A DNA stretch of 26,353 nt from a virus (taxonomy: Duplodnaviria > Caudoviricetes). This document shows positions 18,957 to 26,353 of the stretch, piece after piece. The translations under genes and the position numbers were made by a program. Below the pieces are notes generated by a model. It worked only from the letters and a program-made list of their open reading frames with translations. It was not told the DNA's origin and made no database searches. The stretch covers positions 1 through 26,353 of the IMG/VR virus record IMGVR_UViG_3300042860_001004; one strand, written 5' to 3'. The number at the start of each line of letters is the position of its first letter. Position 1 is the first letter of the stretch.

Positions 18957-19645
18957 CAGCTCACCACCACGACGACGGTGCCGGTGATCGGGTACGTGCT
19001 GCGGTAGATCGTGTAGCTACGTGCGGCCTGCGCCGTAAACGTGATCGACCTGGTCGTCGTCTCCCAGGCAGAGTTGACCAAGCCGCCGACCGTAAACGTG
19101 GGCGAGCCGAACGACGCCGGGAGCACAAAGTGCAGGTAGGCGGCCGTCGCCACGATCGTGCGCGTCTGGCTGCGGCCGTCGGCCATGTCGCTCGTCAGCT
19201 GCGACGCAATCTGGCCGTCCGTGATCGCCGCGGCCGTGCTCGCGCCCCACCACCGCAATAGCAGGGCAGGGGAGGTGGCCGTGTCGTCCGCGACGGCCTT
19301 CGTGTGGACGCGCATCGTGGCTCGGAACCCGTCGCCGTACCGCCAGACCGGGATACCTCGAGGTGCCGCCACCTCGTACGTCACGTCGGAGCCGCTCTGC
19401 GTGTCGACCACGCGGTCGTGCCGCTGCGGCACGCCCAGCGGAAAACTGGCCGTCTTGATCACGAAGTCCCGAGACTCCCACCGCTCGACGACGCCGTTCT
19501 GGTCGGCAGCCTCAAAGACGGAGCTGCCGACCGTCGCCGTGAGGTTCACAGTCGTCGCACCGCGCACGTACCGCACCGTCCGCCCGGCCGAGGTCGCCAG
19601 CCGGTCAGCCAGCCAGGACGCACCTACGGCGAGCATGTCGGACAT
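18956..19645 (-). CDS. Head-closure / head-tail adaptor (gpFII-like) fused to an extra ~110-aa C-terminal beta domain, 229 aa
   Basis: N-half (VRYVRG, SRDFVI, PQRHDRV, MRVHTK) fits a head-closure protein and follows the cement gene; separate domain after the ADDTATSP linker; TGATG coupling to the fibre gene. Confidence 0.65.
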   Translation of the reverse strand: MSDMLAVGASWLADRLATSAGRTVRYVRGATTVNLTATVGSSVFEAADQNGVVERWESRDFVIKTASFPLGVPQRHDRVVDTQSGSDVTYEVAAPRGIPVWRYGDGFRATMRVHTKAVADDTATSPALLLRWWGASTAAAITDGQIASQLTSDMADGRSQTRTIVATAAYLHFVLPASFGSPTFTVGGLVNSAWETTTRSITFTAQAARSYTIYRSTYPITGTVVVVVS

Positions 19646-19664
19646 CGGTCACTCCACGGCGCCA

Positions 19665-19709
19665 CAACGCCGCCGCGGCGCGTCGTGGATACGCGCCGGC
19701 GGCGGGTTG
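19665..19709. other. Imperfect GC-rich intergenic hairpin after the cement gene
   Basis: CAACGCCGCCGCGGCGCGT / ACGCGCCGGCGGCGGGTTG arms around a 7-nt loop; no U-tract. Confidence 0.6.
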
Positions 19710-19734
19710 CGGCAGGTCTCGGACTCGCGTCGGA

Positions 19735-20064
19735 TCAGCGCTCGAGCTTGACGCTCACCGTGGACGCACCCGTCACGGCCTGCGCGACGGCGTAGCCCAT
19801 GTTCACGCCGGTGACGGTCGTGGCGACGCCGCTGGTGGCGTACCACTTGACCTGCGCACCGGCCGCGATGGTCTCGCTGTTCGCACCCGAGGAGTGCTTC
19901 GGCACGCTGTAGACGCCCTCGACGGCGACGACACCGACCGCACCGTTGGCGATGGGGCGCGGCGCGACACCGACGAGCGAGCCGATCACGACCACGTCGC
20001 CGGCGGCGATCGCGCCGCTGGCCGTGTGGTCGAGGTAGTAGCCATTCTGAACCGTATCTGCCAT
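19735..20064 (-). CDS. DUF2190-family capsid cement / decoration protein, 109 aa
   Basis: VQNGYYLDHTA, AGDVVVIGSLVGVA, IANGAVG, VEGVYSVPK, GYAV, VSVKL; directly after the capsid gene. Confidence 0.85.
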   Translation of the reverse strand: MADTVQNGYYLDHTASGAIAAGDVVVIGSLVGVAPRPIANGAVGVVAVEGVYSVPKHSSGANSETIAAGAQVKWYATSGVATTVTGVNMGYAVAQAVTGASTVSVKLER

Positions 20065-20097
20065 GGAACTGGTCCTCTGCTGCTGATGGGTGTGGGT

Positions 20098-20130
20098 GCC
20101 GGCGGGCGGACACGCTGCCCGCCCGCCGGC
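20098..20130. other. Perfect 12-bp stem hairpin after the capsid gene (mRNA stability element or atypical terminator)
   Basis: GCCGGCGGGCGG (20098-20109) pairs with CCGCCCGCCGGC (20119-20130); 9-nt loop; no U-tract. Confidence 0.75.
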
Positions 20131-20148
20131 GAATGATCACGACACGGC

Positions 20149-22002
20149 TCAGACGTCGACCTTGACGCCCGCGAGGTACTCCGCCTTCGACACGCCGAAG
20201 TCGTAGTAGCCACGCATCTGGACCCCGAGCACGTTGAAGTCGGCCTCTGCCGTCTCCACCACCGGGCTCTGCACGCCGTTGAGGAACGCCACCTCCATCA
20301 CCGGCAGGTCGGCCGGCGAGGCGAGGAGGTAGTGGTCGGTCACGTTGGTGAGGTAGGTGGAAGCCACCACCTCGTAGCGACCGGCCAGCACGTTCCGCTC
20401 CGGCTGACCCGTGGTGGCACCGCTCTGGATCAGGGCGGAGCCCATGATCTCCAGCGCGGCGACCTCGAGGTCGACCGGCACGAGCAGGATCCGCGGCGTC
20501 ACCGCCAGCGGGTTGCCGTCGGGGTCCTTCAACTTCCTGAAAGTGGTCACCACGTTCTTGAGGCTCGACACCGACAGCGCCGCCGACGCCGGCGTGGTGC
20601 CGGACGTCATGAGGTTCTTGCGGGCGGTCGTGAAGAACGACGCGTCGTCGAGGAACGCCGTCCAGAACACGTCGTTGAGCTTGAGCGCACCACCACGACC
20701 GATCCGCTGCGGCACCGCGGTGAGCGCACCCAGGTCATCGTTGATGAGGTCGGTGCGGGTGACCGACGTCATGATGCCGTAGGTGCTCGCCGAGATCGTC
20801 CGCGACTCGTCGCTCGTCGCCGCGTGCTTCAGCTCGCCGCCGTTCGCCACGGCCTCGAACTTCATGCCGCCGTTGAGCCGGTACGACGTCAACGTCTTGA
20901 AGTCGTTGACCGCACGCACCGCCGAGATGCTCCGCCACGCCGACTCGACGCTGTCGAAGCCGGCCAGGAGGAACTTGTTGACCGTCGCCGACAGGATGCC
21001 GCTGATCGAGTGCGTCGACCAGGCCGCCTGCAGCACCGGACGCAGCGTCGAGCTGGTGATCTTCTGCGGGCCGTCGTAGCCGTTGGCCACGGCCGCCTGC
21101 AGGATCACCTCGCCGAGCGTGATCTGCCCGCGGGCCTTGTGCGCCGCCTCGAGCACCTTGGCGTCGTACTTCTGCTCGACGCCCGGCAGGCCACCCTGCA
21201 TGGCGAACGAGGCCTGGATGACGTCCGCCGAAGGCGGGGCGTGCTCGACGATGTGCACGGCCGGGGCCGCCGGCCGCTCGTCGCGGGCCGCCTTGAGGTT
21301 CTCCATGTCGGTGACCTTCTTGTTGAGGACGTCGACGGTGGCGATGAGCTTGGCCAGGTCGACAGCCGGTGCAGGATCGGACTCCACGGCGACCTCCGCC
21401 GTGGCCGCCACGGCCGGGGTCGACACGACCTCGTCCGTGGGCTTGGTGGTGGCGTCAGCCGCCATGGTTTCCTCCTCGACGGCCTCTTCGGCCGCGATGG
21501 CGACGCTGGTCTCCGCGTCAGCGCCCAAGGTGACAAACGAGACCTCGCGGAGAGCGGAGGCCCTTACGATGCGGACAGGCCCCATGTGGGTCTGCCCGTT
21601 TGCGGCGGCGACGGCGTCGGCGTCGACCTTCTGGTGGCGGCGGACGTCGGCGCCGACACTGGCCTGCCAGGCGTAGCCTCGCTCGGCCAGGGCGAGCACC
21701 TGGCGGGCCGTGTCGGTGTCGGCCATGATCTCGCCCTCGACGATCAGCTTGGATCCCTCGACGCGGACGCTGTCCGTCTGCCCGAGGATCGACCCGAGCC
21801 CGTAGTCGTGACCGAGAACGATCGGGATACGCTGCTTGGTTTGCATGCCGGCCAGGTCGATCACGACCGGCTCGCGGCTCCAGCCCTGACGGATCGGAGC
21901 GCCGGTGTAGGCCTCGATCGTGAACCGACGCGGGGAGGCCGCAGCCTCGCCATCGGCGGCCTGGAGAAACGTCACGCTGGTGTCGAGTTTCAGAGTGTTC
22001 AT
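20149..22002 (-). CDS. Prohead protease - scaffold - major capsid protein fusion (Mu gpT-like capsid domain), 617 aa
   Basis: Protease-like IVLGHD, WQASVG, LREVSFVTLGAD; Ala/Thr/Pro linker; capsid-like VNDFK, LINDDLGAL, PRILLVP, VAFLNGVQSP, YYDFG. Confidence 0.88.
   Translation of the reverse strand: MNTLKLDTSVTFLQAADGEAAASPRRFTIEAYTGAPIRQGWSREPVVIDLAGMQTKQRIPIVLGHDYGLGSILGQTDSVRVEGSKLIVEGEIMADTDTARQVLALAERGYAWQASVGADVRRHQKVDADAVAAANGQTHMGPVRIVRASALREVSFVTLGADAETSVAIAAEEAVEEETMAADATTKPTDEVVSTPAVAATAEVAVESDPAPAVDLAKLIATVDVLNKKVTDMENLKAARDERPAAPAVHIVEHAPPSADVIQASFAMQGGLPGVEQKYDAKVLEAAHKARGQITLGEVILQAAVANGYDGPQKITSSTLRPVLQAAWSTHSISGILSATVNKFLLAGFDSVESAWRSISAVRAVNDFKTLTSYRLNGGMKFEAVANGGELKHAATSDESRTISASTYGIMTSVTRTDLINDDLGALTAVPQRIGRGGALKLNDVFWTAFLDDASFFTTARKNLMTSGTTPASAALSVSSLKNVVTTFRKLKDPDGNPLAVTPRILLVPVDLEVAALEIMGSALIQSGATTGQPERNVLAGRYEVVASTYLTNVTDHYLLASPADLPVMEVAFLNGVQSPVVETAEADFNVLGVQMRGYYDFGVSKAEYLAGVKVDV
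21463..21477 (-). promoter_or_regulatory. Internal in-frame translation start (GAGGAGG-AAACC-ATG, Met180)
   Basis: Near-perfect SD 5 nt before an in-frame ATG at 21465, right after the protease domain. Confidence 0.7.
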
Positions 22003-22052
22003 AGGAAGTCGATCAGCTCCTCGAGGTCCTCGTCGTGGTCGAAGTCGTCCAC
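21999..22052 (-). CDS. Putative acidic mini-ORF, 17 aa (MDDFDHDEDLEELIDFL)
   Basis: GTG 1 nt after the portal stop; its TGA overlaps the protease ATG (ATGA); AGGAGG upstream within the portal 3' end. Confidence 0.45.
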   Translation of the reverse strand: MDDFDHDEDLEELIDFL

Positions 22053-22053
22053 G

Positions 22054-23478
22054 TCACGCCTCCTGTGGATTGCCCTCCTGCATGGGCTGCGCCGCACCAC
22101 CCAGGTCGATCGGCAGCCCCAGCTCACGCATCAGCTCCAGCTCGGCCGCACGCTGCCGCAGCTCGACGTCCCACCGCTTGCCCTGGCGGGCGTACTCGCT
22201 CGCGAGCGTCGTCGTGTGCGTACGCAACCGCACCTCGGCAGCCGACGCCTCCTTGCCGGGGTCGACGTGCTCGCGGCCGTCCCAGACCCAAGCCCAGTTC
22301 CACTCCGAGAACGGCGGAAGGCCGTCCGGGATGACGCCGGCCAGGCTGGCCTCGTTGACCCACGCGGCCAGCACGCGGTCGAGGCAGACCCGCTCGAGCT
22401 GGTCGCGGTCGACGCGCTGCATCAGGCCGTAGACCTGGTGGTCCATGCGGCCACTGGCGTAGTTGTAGGACGAGCTGTCGAGCGCGGCGACGTTGTACGG
22501 CAGCTGCATGCAGCGGGCGATCTCGTTGAGGATCTCGCGCTTGAAGTCCTTGTAGGTGCTCGTCGGCTGCTCGGCCTTGAGCTGCGAGATGTCCCAGCCT
22601 TCCGGCAGGGTCACGAGGCTGCGCTTGCGGATCTCCATCTCGGCGAACGCGTCGACCTCGTCCACCTCGGCGGCCGGACTGTTCGAATGAATGAACGCCG
22701 CGAAATCCGCGGCCGTCTCAGCGGCCGCAATCACGGCCTCGGTGTACCGACGCAGCTGGCCGAAGAGCCGGAGCGCGGGTGCCACCTCGGGCATGCCGCG
22801 GTTCTGGCCGGGACGCTGCCGGCGGAACCAGTGGATGACCGCTGCTGCCGGCACGCGCTGGAACTGCAGGTTGTTTACGCGGTAGTTGCTGCCCGGGTGG
22901 AAGTTGAGCACCTGGTAGGCAACCACGTTGCCGGTGGCGTCAAACTCCAGACCGTCGACCGTGTTGCCCTCGGGCGTGATCGTCTGCCGCATCAGCTCGG
23001 TCGGGGTTGCGACCATCTCGGCCTCGACGAGCCGCAGGTCCAACTGCACGCCCGGCAGGCGGGCGTTGTTGACCATCAGTGCGAACGCCTCGCCGTCGAC
23101 GACGAGCGCCTCGCGCATCGTCCTGAGCTTCGCCGGCAGGTCGATCGTCGTGCCCCAGTCGTAGAACGCCCGCTCGACGACACGCGCGGCGTCGTCCTGG
23201 ACGTCGAGCTGCAGCCGCGGGCCGGTGCCGACCAGGTCGCTTGCGAGCGTGGCCGAGATGCCGGCCAGGTACGAGTTGTTGTTGCGCTCATACCTCGCGC
23301 GGTTGCGGATCGTGCGACGCACGACCGGCGAAAGCTGCGCGTCGGCAGAGAATGCGTCCGCGACCTGCCAGTGCTTGTAGTCGTCGCCCAGCTGCGACGC
23401 CTCGTACCGCCCGCGCACGACCGGAGCCGCGACGGGGCGCGGCTTGGCCTTGGCACGGAAGAAGTCGAGGAATGCCAT
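22054..23478 (-). CDS. Portal protein, lambda family, 474 aa
   Basis: IRNRARYERNNNSY, VDGEAF, RPGQNRGMPE, NYASGRMD, VDPGKEASA motifs; position. Confidence 0.93.
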   Translation of the reverse strand: MAFLDFFRAKAKPRPVAAPVVRGRYEASQLGDDYKHWQVADAFSADAQLSPVVRRTIRNRARYERNNNSYLAGISATLASDLVGTGPRLQLDVQDDAARVVERAFYDWGTTIDLPAKLRTMREALVVDGEAFALMVNNARLPGVQLDLRLVEAEMVATPTELMRQTITPEGNTVDGLEFDATGNVVAYQVLNFHPGSNYRVNNLQFQRVPAAAVIHWFRRQRPGQNRGMPEVAPALRLFGQLRRYTEAVIAAAETAADFAAFIHSNSPAAEVDEVDAFAEMEIRKRSLVTLPEGWDISQLKAEQPTSTYKDFKREILNEIARCMQLPYNVAALDSSSYNYASGRMDHQVYGLMQRVDRDQLERVCLDRVLAAWVNEASLAGVIPDGLPPFSEWNWAWVWDGREHVDPGKEASAAEVRLRTHTTTLASEYARQGKRWDVELRQRAAELELMRELGLPIDLGGAAQPMQEGNPQEA

Positions 23479-23675
23479 CAGGAGTACGGCGATGGTGTGA
23501 GCTGGTTAAACCGCAGGCCACGCCTCGAGGTCGATGCGGCCGCCTTGCCTGTCAGGTACTTGTCCGCGGCGATCTGGTCCTGGATGGACTGCGCCTCTAC
23601 CTCGCCGGCGTCCGTGCGGACGCGCTTGGGGCCGGTGGCGGTGTCTTCGATGGCCTGCTCGATGGCGTCGCTCAT
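23478..23675 (-). CDS. Small head-completion protein (lambda gpW-like by position and size), 65 aa
   Basis: Helix-hairpin-helix pattern with basic tail; TGATG-coupled to the portal. Confidence 0.65.
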   Translation of the reverse strand: MSDAIEQAIEDTATGPKRVRTDAGEVEAQSIQDQIAADKYLTGKAAASTSRRGLRFNQLTPSPYS

Positions 23676-23682
23676 AGTGGCG

Positions 23683-23722
23683 ACGATAGAGCGCGCGCGA
23701 GCGCAGACCGCAGGGGGTGTGG
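23683..23722 (-). promoter_or_regulatory. Promoter-like motif CCACACCCCCT-N23-TATCGT-N7-ATG heading the head operon
   Basis: Intergenic; no SD before ATG 23675. Confidence 0.7.
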
Positions 23723-23723
23723 C

Positions 23724-23867
23724 CTACTTGGCAGCCATAGCCAGGCCGATGTTGGCCAGCGCGTAGCCGGCCCACGCGATGGCCATGCCGGTGCTGCCCT
23801 TCGACCACTGGTCGCAGGCCACCGCGAGGTAGACGACGCCGACGCCGAGGATGAGCGGAGCGGACAT
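23724..23867 (-). CDS. Small two-helix membrane protein, 47 aa (not in the ORF track)
   Basis: Hand translation: MSAPLILGVGVVYLAVACDQWSKGSTGMAIAWAGYALANIGLAMAAK-stop; high GC3 like its neighbours. Confidence 0.75.
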   Translation of the reverse strand: MSAPLILGVGVVYLAVACDQWSKGSTGMAIAWAGYALANIGLAMAAK

Positions 23868-23975
23868 GGTGCTGCTGCGTGTTACGTAGTTTCACCAAAA
23901 ACGACCACGGCGGGTTCGGCGTGCCGGATTATCGGGCCGGTGCCTGCCCGCCGGGGTCGCTGTTCGATGGCGATC

Positions 23976-24233
23976 TCACTGAACCGTTTCGCTGCCTTCT
24001 TGTGAACCGTTTCGCGGATCGCCTTGTGTGCGGCATATTCTGAACATCAACCGCCGCTCGTCGTCGGTCATCTCGCAGCACAGACGAGCCAGCACCGACG
24101 ACAGCGCCTCGCGCTCCGCGTCGGTGAGCCGCAGCCGCTCGATCTCGTTTGCCGCCTGGTCCATCAGGTCGCTCGCCGGTGCGGCGTTCACGTCGTGCGT
24201 CCACCGGCGCAGGCGGGTCACGATGTCGGTCAT
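23976..24233 (-). CDS. Hypothetical protein, 85 aa (MTDIVTRLRRW...AANEIERLR)
   Basis: ATGA overlap with the terminase stop; helical. Confidence 0.65.
   Translation of the reverse strand: MTDIVTRLRRWTHDVNAAPASDLMDQAANEIERLRLTDAEREALSSVLARLCCEMTDDERRLMFRICRTQGDPRNGSQEGSETVQ
23980..24015. repeat. 13-bp direct repeat TGAACCGTTTCGC x2, 23-bp period
   Basis: Copies at 23980-23992 and 24003-24015. Confidence 0.8.
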
Positions 24234-26326
24234 GCACCCATCCTCCGCAGCTCGATCTTGCGGACTGGTGCCGTCGGGATGGTGACCTTGCGGCGATGGT
24301 TTCTCGGCGTGTTCACGCCCACCGCCGTCACGCCGGCGTAGCTGGCCGCCACGGCCGCACCCACCACGCAGTCGAGCCAGTGGTTGTCACGGCCTGGCAG
24401 CGTCCGCCACTCGTCAACGACACGGCCGCGTGCCTCAGTGCGCACTGGGTACTCGGCGGCCAAGTGCTCGAGCAGCATGGCGTGGTCGCCGGCGTGAATT
24501 GTGAACGCCTGCGGGTCGGCGGCCGGCAGCTTCAGCCGCGCCGCAATCAGTGTCTTCCAGGCGTTGGTGTCGTAGAGCACGTGTCGCTGCTTTTGGATCG
24601 TCGACGTCCGCCAGTTGCTGCCGACGCGCTCGCCGCGGTCAGGCCGCTTGTCCGACAAGGTCGAGCCGGACGCACCGACAAACCGGCCGTGGCTTGGCAG
24701 CACGCGTGGACCGTAGGTTGACCGCCTGGCGAAGTCACGCACCACGCCCTGCGTCTGCGCCCAATTGGCGTCGACCATGACCTGCGAGATCCGCAGCACC
24801 GCGTCGTCCGTCTCGCGTGCGAACTCGCGGTCCAAGAGCATGGCGGCCACCTCCGCCAACGCCTGGTTGGTGGCGGCCTCGAGCGACGAGAGCTTCGTCA
24901 CCGTCTGCATGGTGCGGCGGATGTCACGGAGTGTGAAATACGCGCGGTTCTGCTCCGGCCACGTGCCGTAGGCCACGAGGTGGCCACGGAACTGGTGACC
25001 CCACGCCGCCACCGCCCAGTAGAGCGCCTTTTCCTGCACGTCGATGAATGCCGTCAGCGTGTCGAGCTGCCCGGGCACCACCCACCTGGCCACCTCGACG
25101 ACGTTGCTCCGCACGTCCTCGCTGGTGATCGCGTTGGTCTGCGCCTCCTGACGCAGCGGCTGGTTTTGGTACTCCGACGCGAACACGTCCGGGCCGTCGT
25201 CGATGAACGCGTTGTAGGCGTGCTGGATTGCGGACTGCTCCCGCTCCGGGTCGTAGCAGCTCTCCCACGACACCTGGCAGCCGGCGTCCATCGCCTCGCG
25301 GTGGTCGCGGTAGTACGCGTCGGCCTCGGCCCACGCGCGGGCCTGGTCCCCTGGCGTGTCCTTGTCGAACGTCACCCGCAGCTCGCGGTACCGGCCGAGC
25401 CAGTCGTCCTCGTGGCGGTCCGCCCACTGCTTGACCATGGCGATCCGCTCGCCCTGCCACGCTGGGTACCTCTTCGTGTCGAGCAGCTGGTCGACCATGT
25501 CGTCGTGCTGGATGACCGTGGCGTTGACCACGCACGCGATGCTCGACCTGTGGCCGGCCAACTTCATCACCGATTTCGACAGGATCTCCAGCCGCTTGCT
25601 GCACTGCATCGGGCTGGCGGCGCTCTCGCGGGTCTGCGGGTCGTCGACGATGACGAAGTCGGGACGCAGCTGCGAGCCGTCGGGGCTCTTGTGACGCAGG
25701 CCGAGGATCGAGCCGGTCAGGCCGCGGGACATCACGATCGAGCCGGACGCCACCGAGCCAGGGATCGTCGGCATGACGATCGAGTCCGCCTGCCAGCGGA
25801 TGTGCGTCTGCTCGCCCTGGTGCGTCTGGGAGTTGCACCGCTGCACCTTGCCCTCGAGCGCGCGGATCGCGTGACACACCTCCGGGAAGTCGTCGTGCAG
25901 TAGGTCGTTCTCGGCCAGTTCGAGCTTGACGCTGGCGATGGCCTTGGCTGCCAGTCCGCCTTCGCCGGCAAAGATCGCGCAGAACCGACGGTGCCCATAC
26001 AGCGTCGCCCAGATGATCGCGTTCTCGCTAATCGTTGACTTGGCGAAGCCGCGGTAGACCGCGTTGACGAACCGGCCGCCGCCGATGATGCAACCTTGAA
26101 TCCGCTCGATGACGCGTCGGTGGTCTGGGCTGAACGGAGTCAGGCCCGTCGACATCGGGAAGTACGTGATCAAAAAACGCTCGAGGTCGAGCCGGCAGGC
26201 GGCGCGGCGCGCTGGATCGACGACGCCGGGCACCTCGCCGATGTCGCTGCCAAGACGTGTCCGCTCGCGGGACCGCTCGATGTCCTGGCGGCGCTTGGCG
26301 TCGGTGGCTGGCGGAGTTTGTGGCAT
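24230..26326 (-). CDS. Terminase large subunit (gpA-like nuclease domain), 698 aa
   Basis: Walker A YRGFAKST, Walker B FVIVDDPQ, nuclease motifs AFIDVQ, VMVDA, DNHWLDC; upstream of the portal. Confidence 0.92.
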   Translation of the reverse strand: MPQTPPATDAKRRQDIERSRERTRLGSDIGEVPGVVDPARRAACRLDLERFLITYFPMSTGLTPFSPDHRRVIERIQGCIIGGGRFVNAVYRGFAKSTISENAIIWATLYGHRRFCAIFAGEGGLAAKAIASVKLELAENDLLHDDFPEVCHAIRALEGKVQRCNSQTHQGEQTHIRWQADSIVMPTIPGSVASGSIVMSRGLTGSILGLRHKSPDGSQLRPDFVIVDDPQTRESAASPMQCSKRLEILSKSVMKLAGHRSSIACVVNATVIQHDDMVDQLLDTKRYPAWQGERIAMVKQWADRHEDDWLGRYRELRVTFDKDTPGDQARAWAEADAYYRDHREAMDAGCQVSWESCYDPEREQSAIQHAYNAFIDDGPDVFASEYQNQPLRQEAQTNAITSEDVRSNVVEVARWVVPGQLDTLTAFIDVQEKALYWAVAAWGHQFRGHLVAYGTWPEQNRAYFTLRDIRRTMQTVTKLSSLEAATNQALAEVAAMLLDREFARETDDAVLRISQVMVDANWAQTQGVVRDFARRSTYGPRVLPSHGRFVGASGSTLSDKRPDRGERVGSNWRTSTIQKQRHVLYDTNAWKTLIAARLKLPAADPQAFTIHAGDHAMLLEHLAAEYPVRTEARGRVVDEWRTLPGRDNHWLDCVVGAAVAASYAGVTAVGVNTPRNHRRKVTIPTAPVRKIELRRMGA

Positions 26327-26353
26327 TCGGGAGAGAGTCGACGAAAACGAGGA

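Noticed and set aside
20084-20097. CCACACCCATC after the capsid hairpin, resembling the promoter box
   Set aside because: No YAnnnT hexamer at 22-23 nt spacing before the start codon
20332-23766. 1144-aa plus-strand ORF
   Set aside because: Antisense shadow of the portal and capsid genes caused by high GC3; no recognisable motifs
23724-23867. Calling the small membrane protein a holin
   Set aside because: No adjacent endolysin and no charged C-terminal tail; evidence insufficient

Overview
The whole 26.4 kb window is the virion morphogenesis region of a GC-rich tailed phage or prophage (lambda-like siphovirus layout), with all credible genes on the minus strand. Read from right to left: large terminase, two small genes, gpW-like protein, lambda-type portal, protease-capsid fusion with an internal start, DUF2190 cement protein, and a head-closure protein with an extra C-terminal domain. 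A ~9.3 kb insert follows: a 1183-aa Thr-rich collagen fibre with an S74 chaperone, a second collagen protein, a LamG lectin, an NDP-sugar epimerase, a GH130-like propeller, a SAM methyltransferase and a GT2-TPR glycosyltransferase. The tail module then resumes with tail terminator, neck protein, three tandem tail-tube-like paralogs, a tail chaperone with a -1 frameshift signal, tape measure and tail-tip genes. The window ends with Cys-rich proteins, an HExxH protein and a metallophosphoesterase. The main candidate novel system is a phage-encoded cassette that would glycosylate and methylate a very long collagen fibre, possibly attached at the neck. Also notable is a repeated promoter-like motif (ACCCCCT-N22/23-YAnnnT), mostly 6-7 nt upstream of start codons. 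All calls come from reading motifs and gene order by eye; no database search was run.
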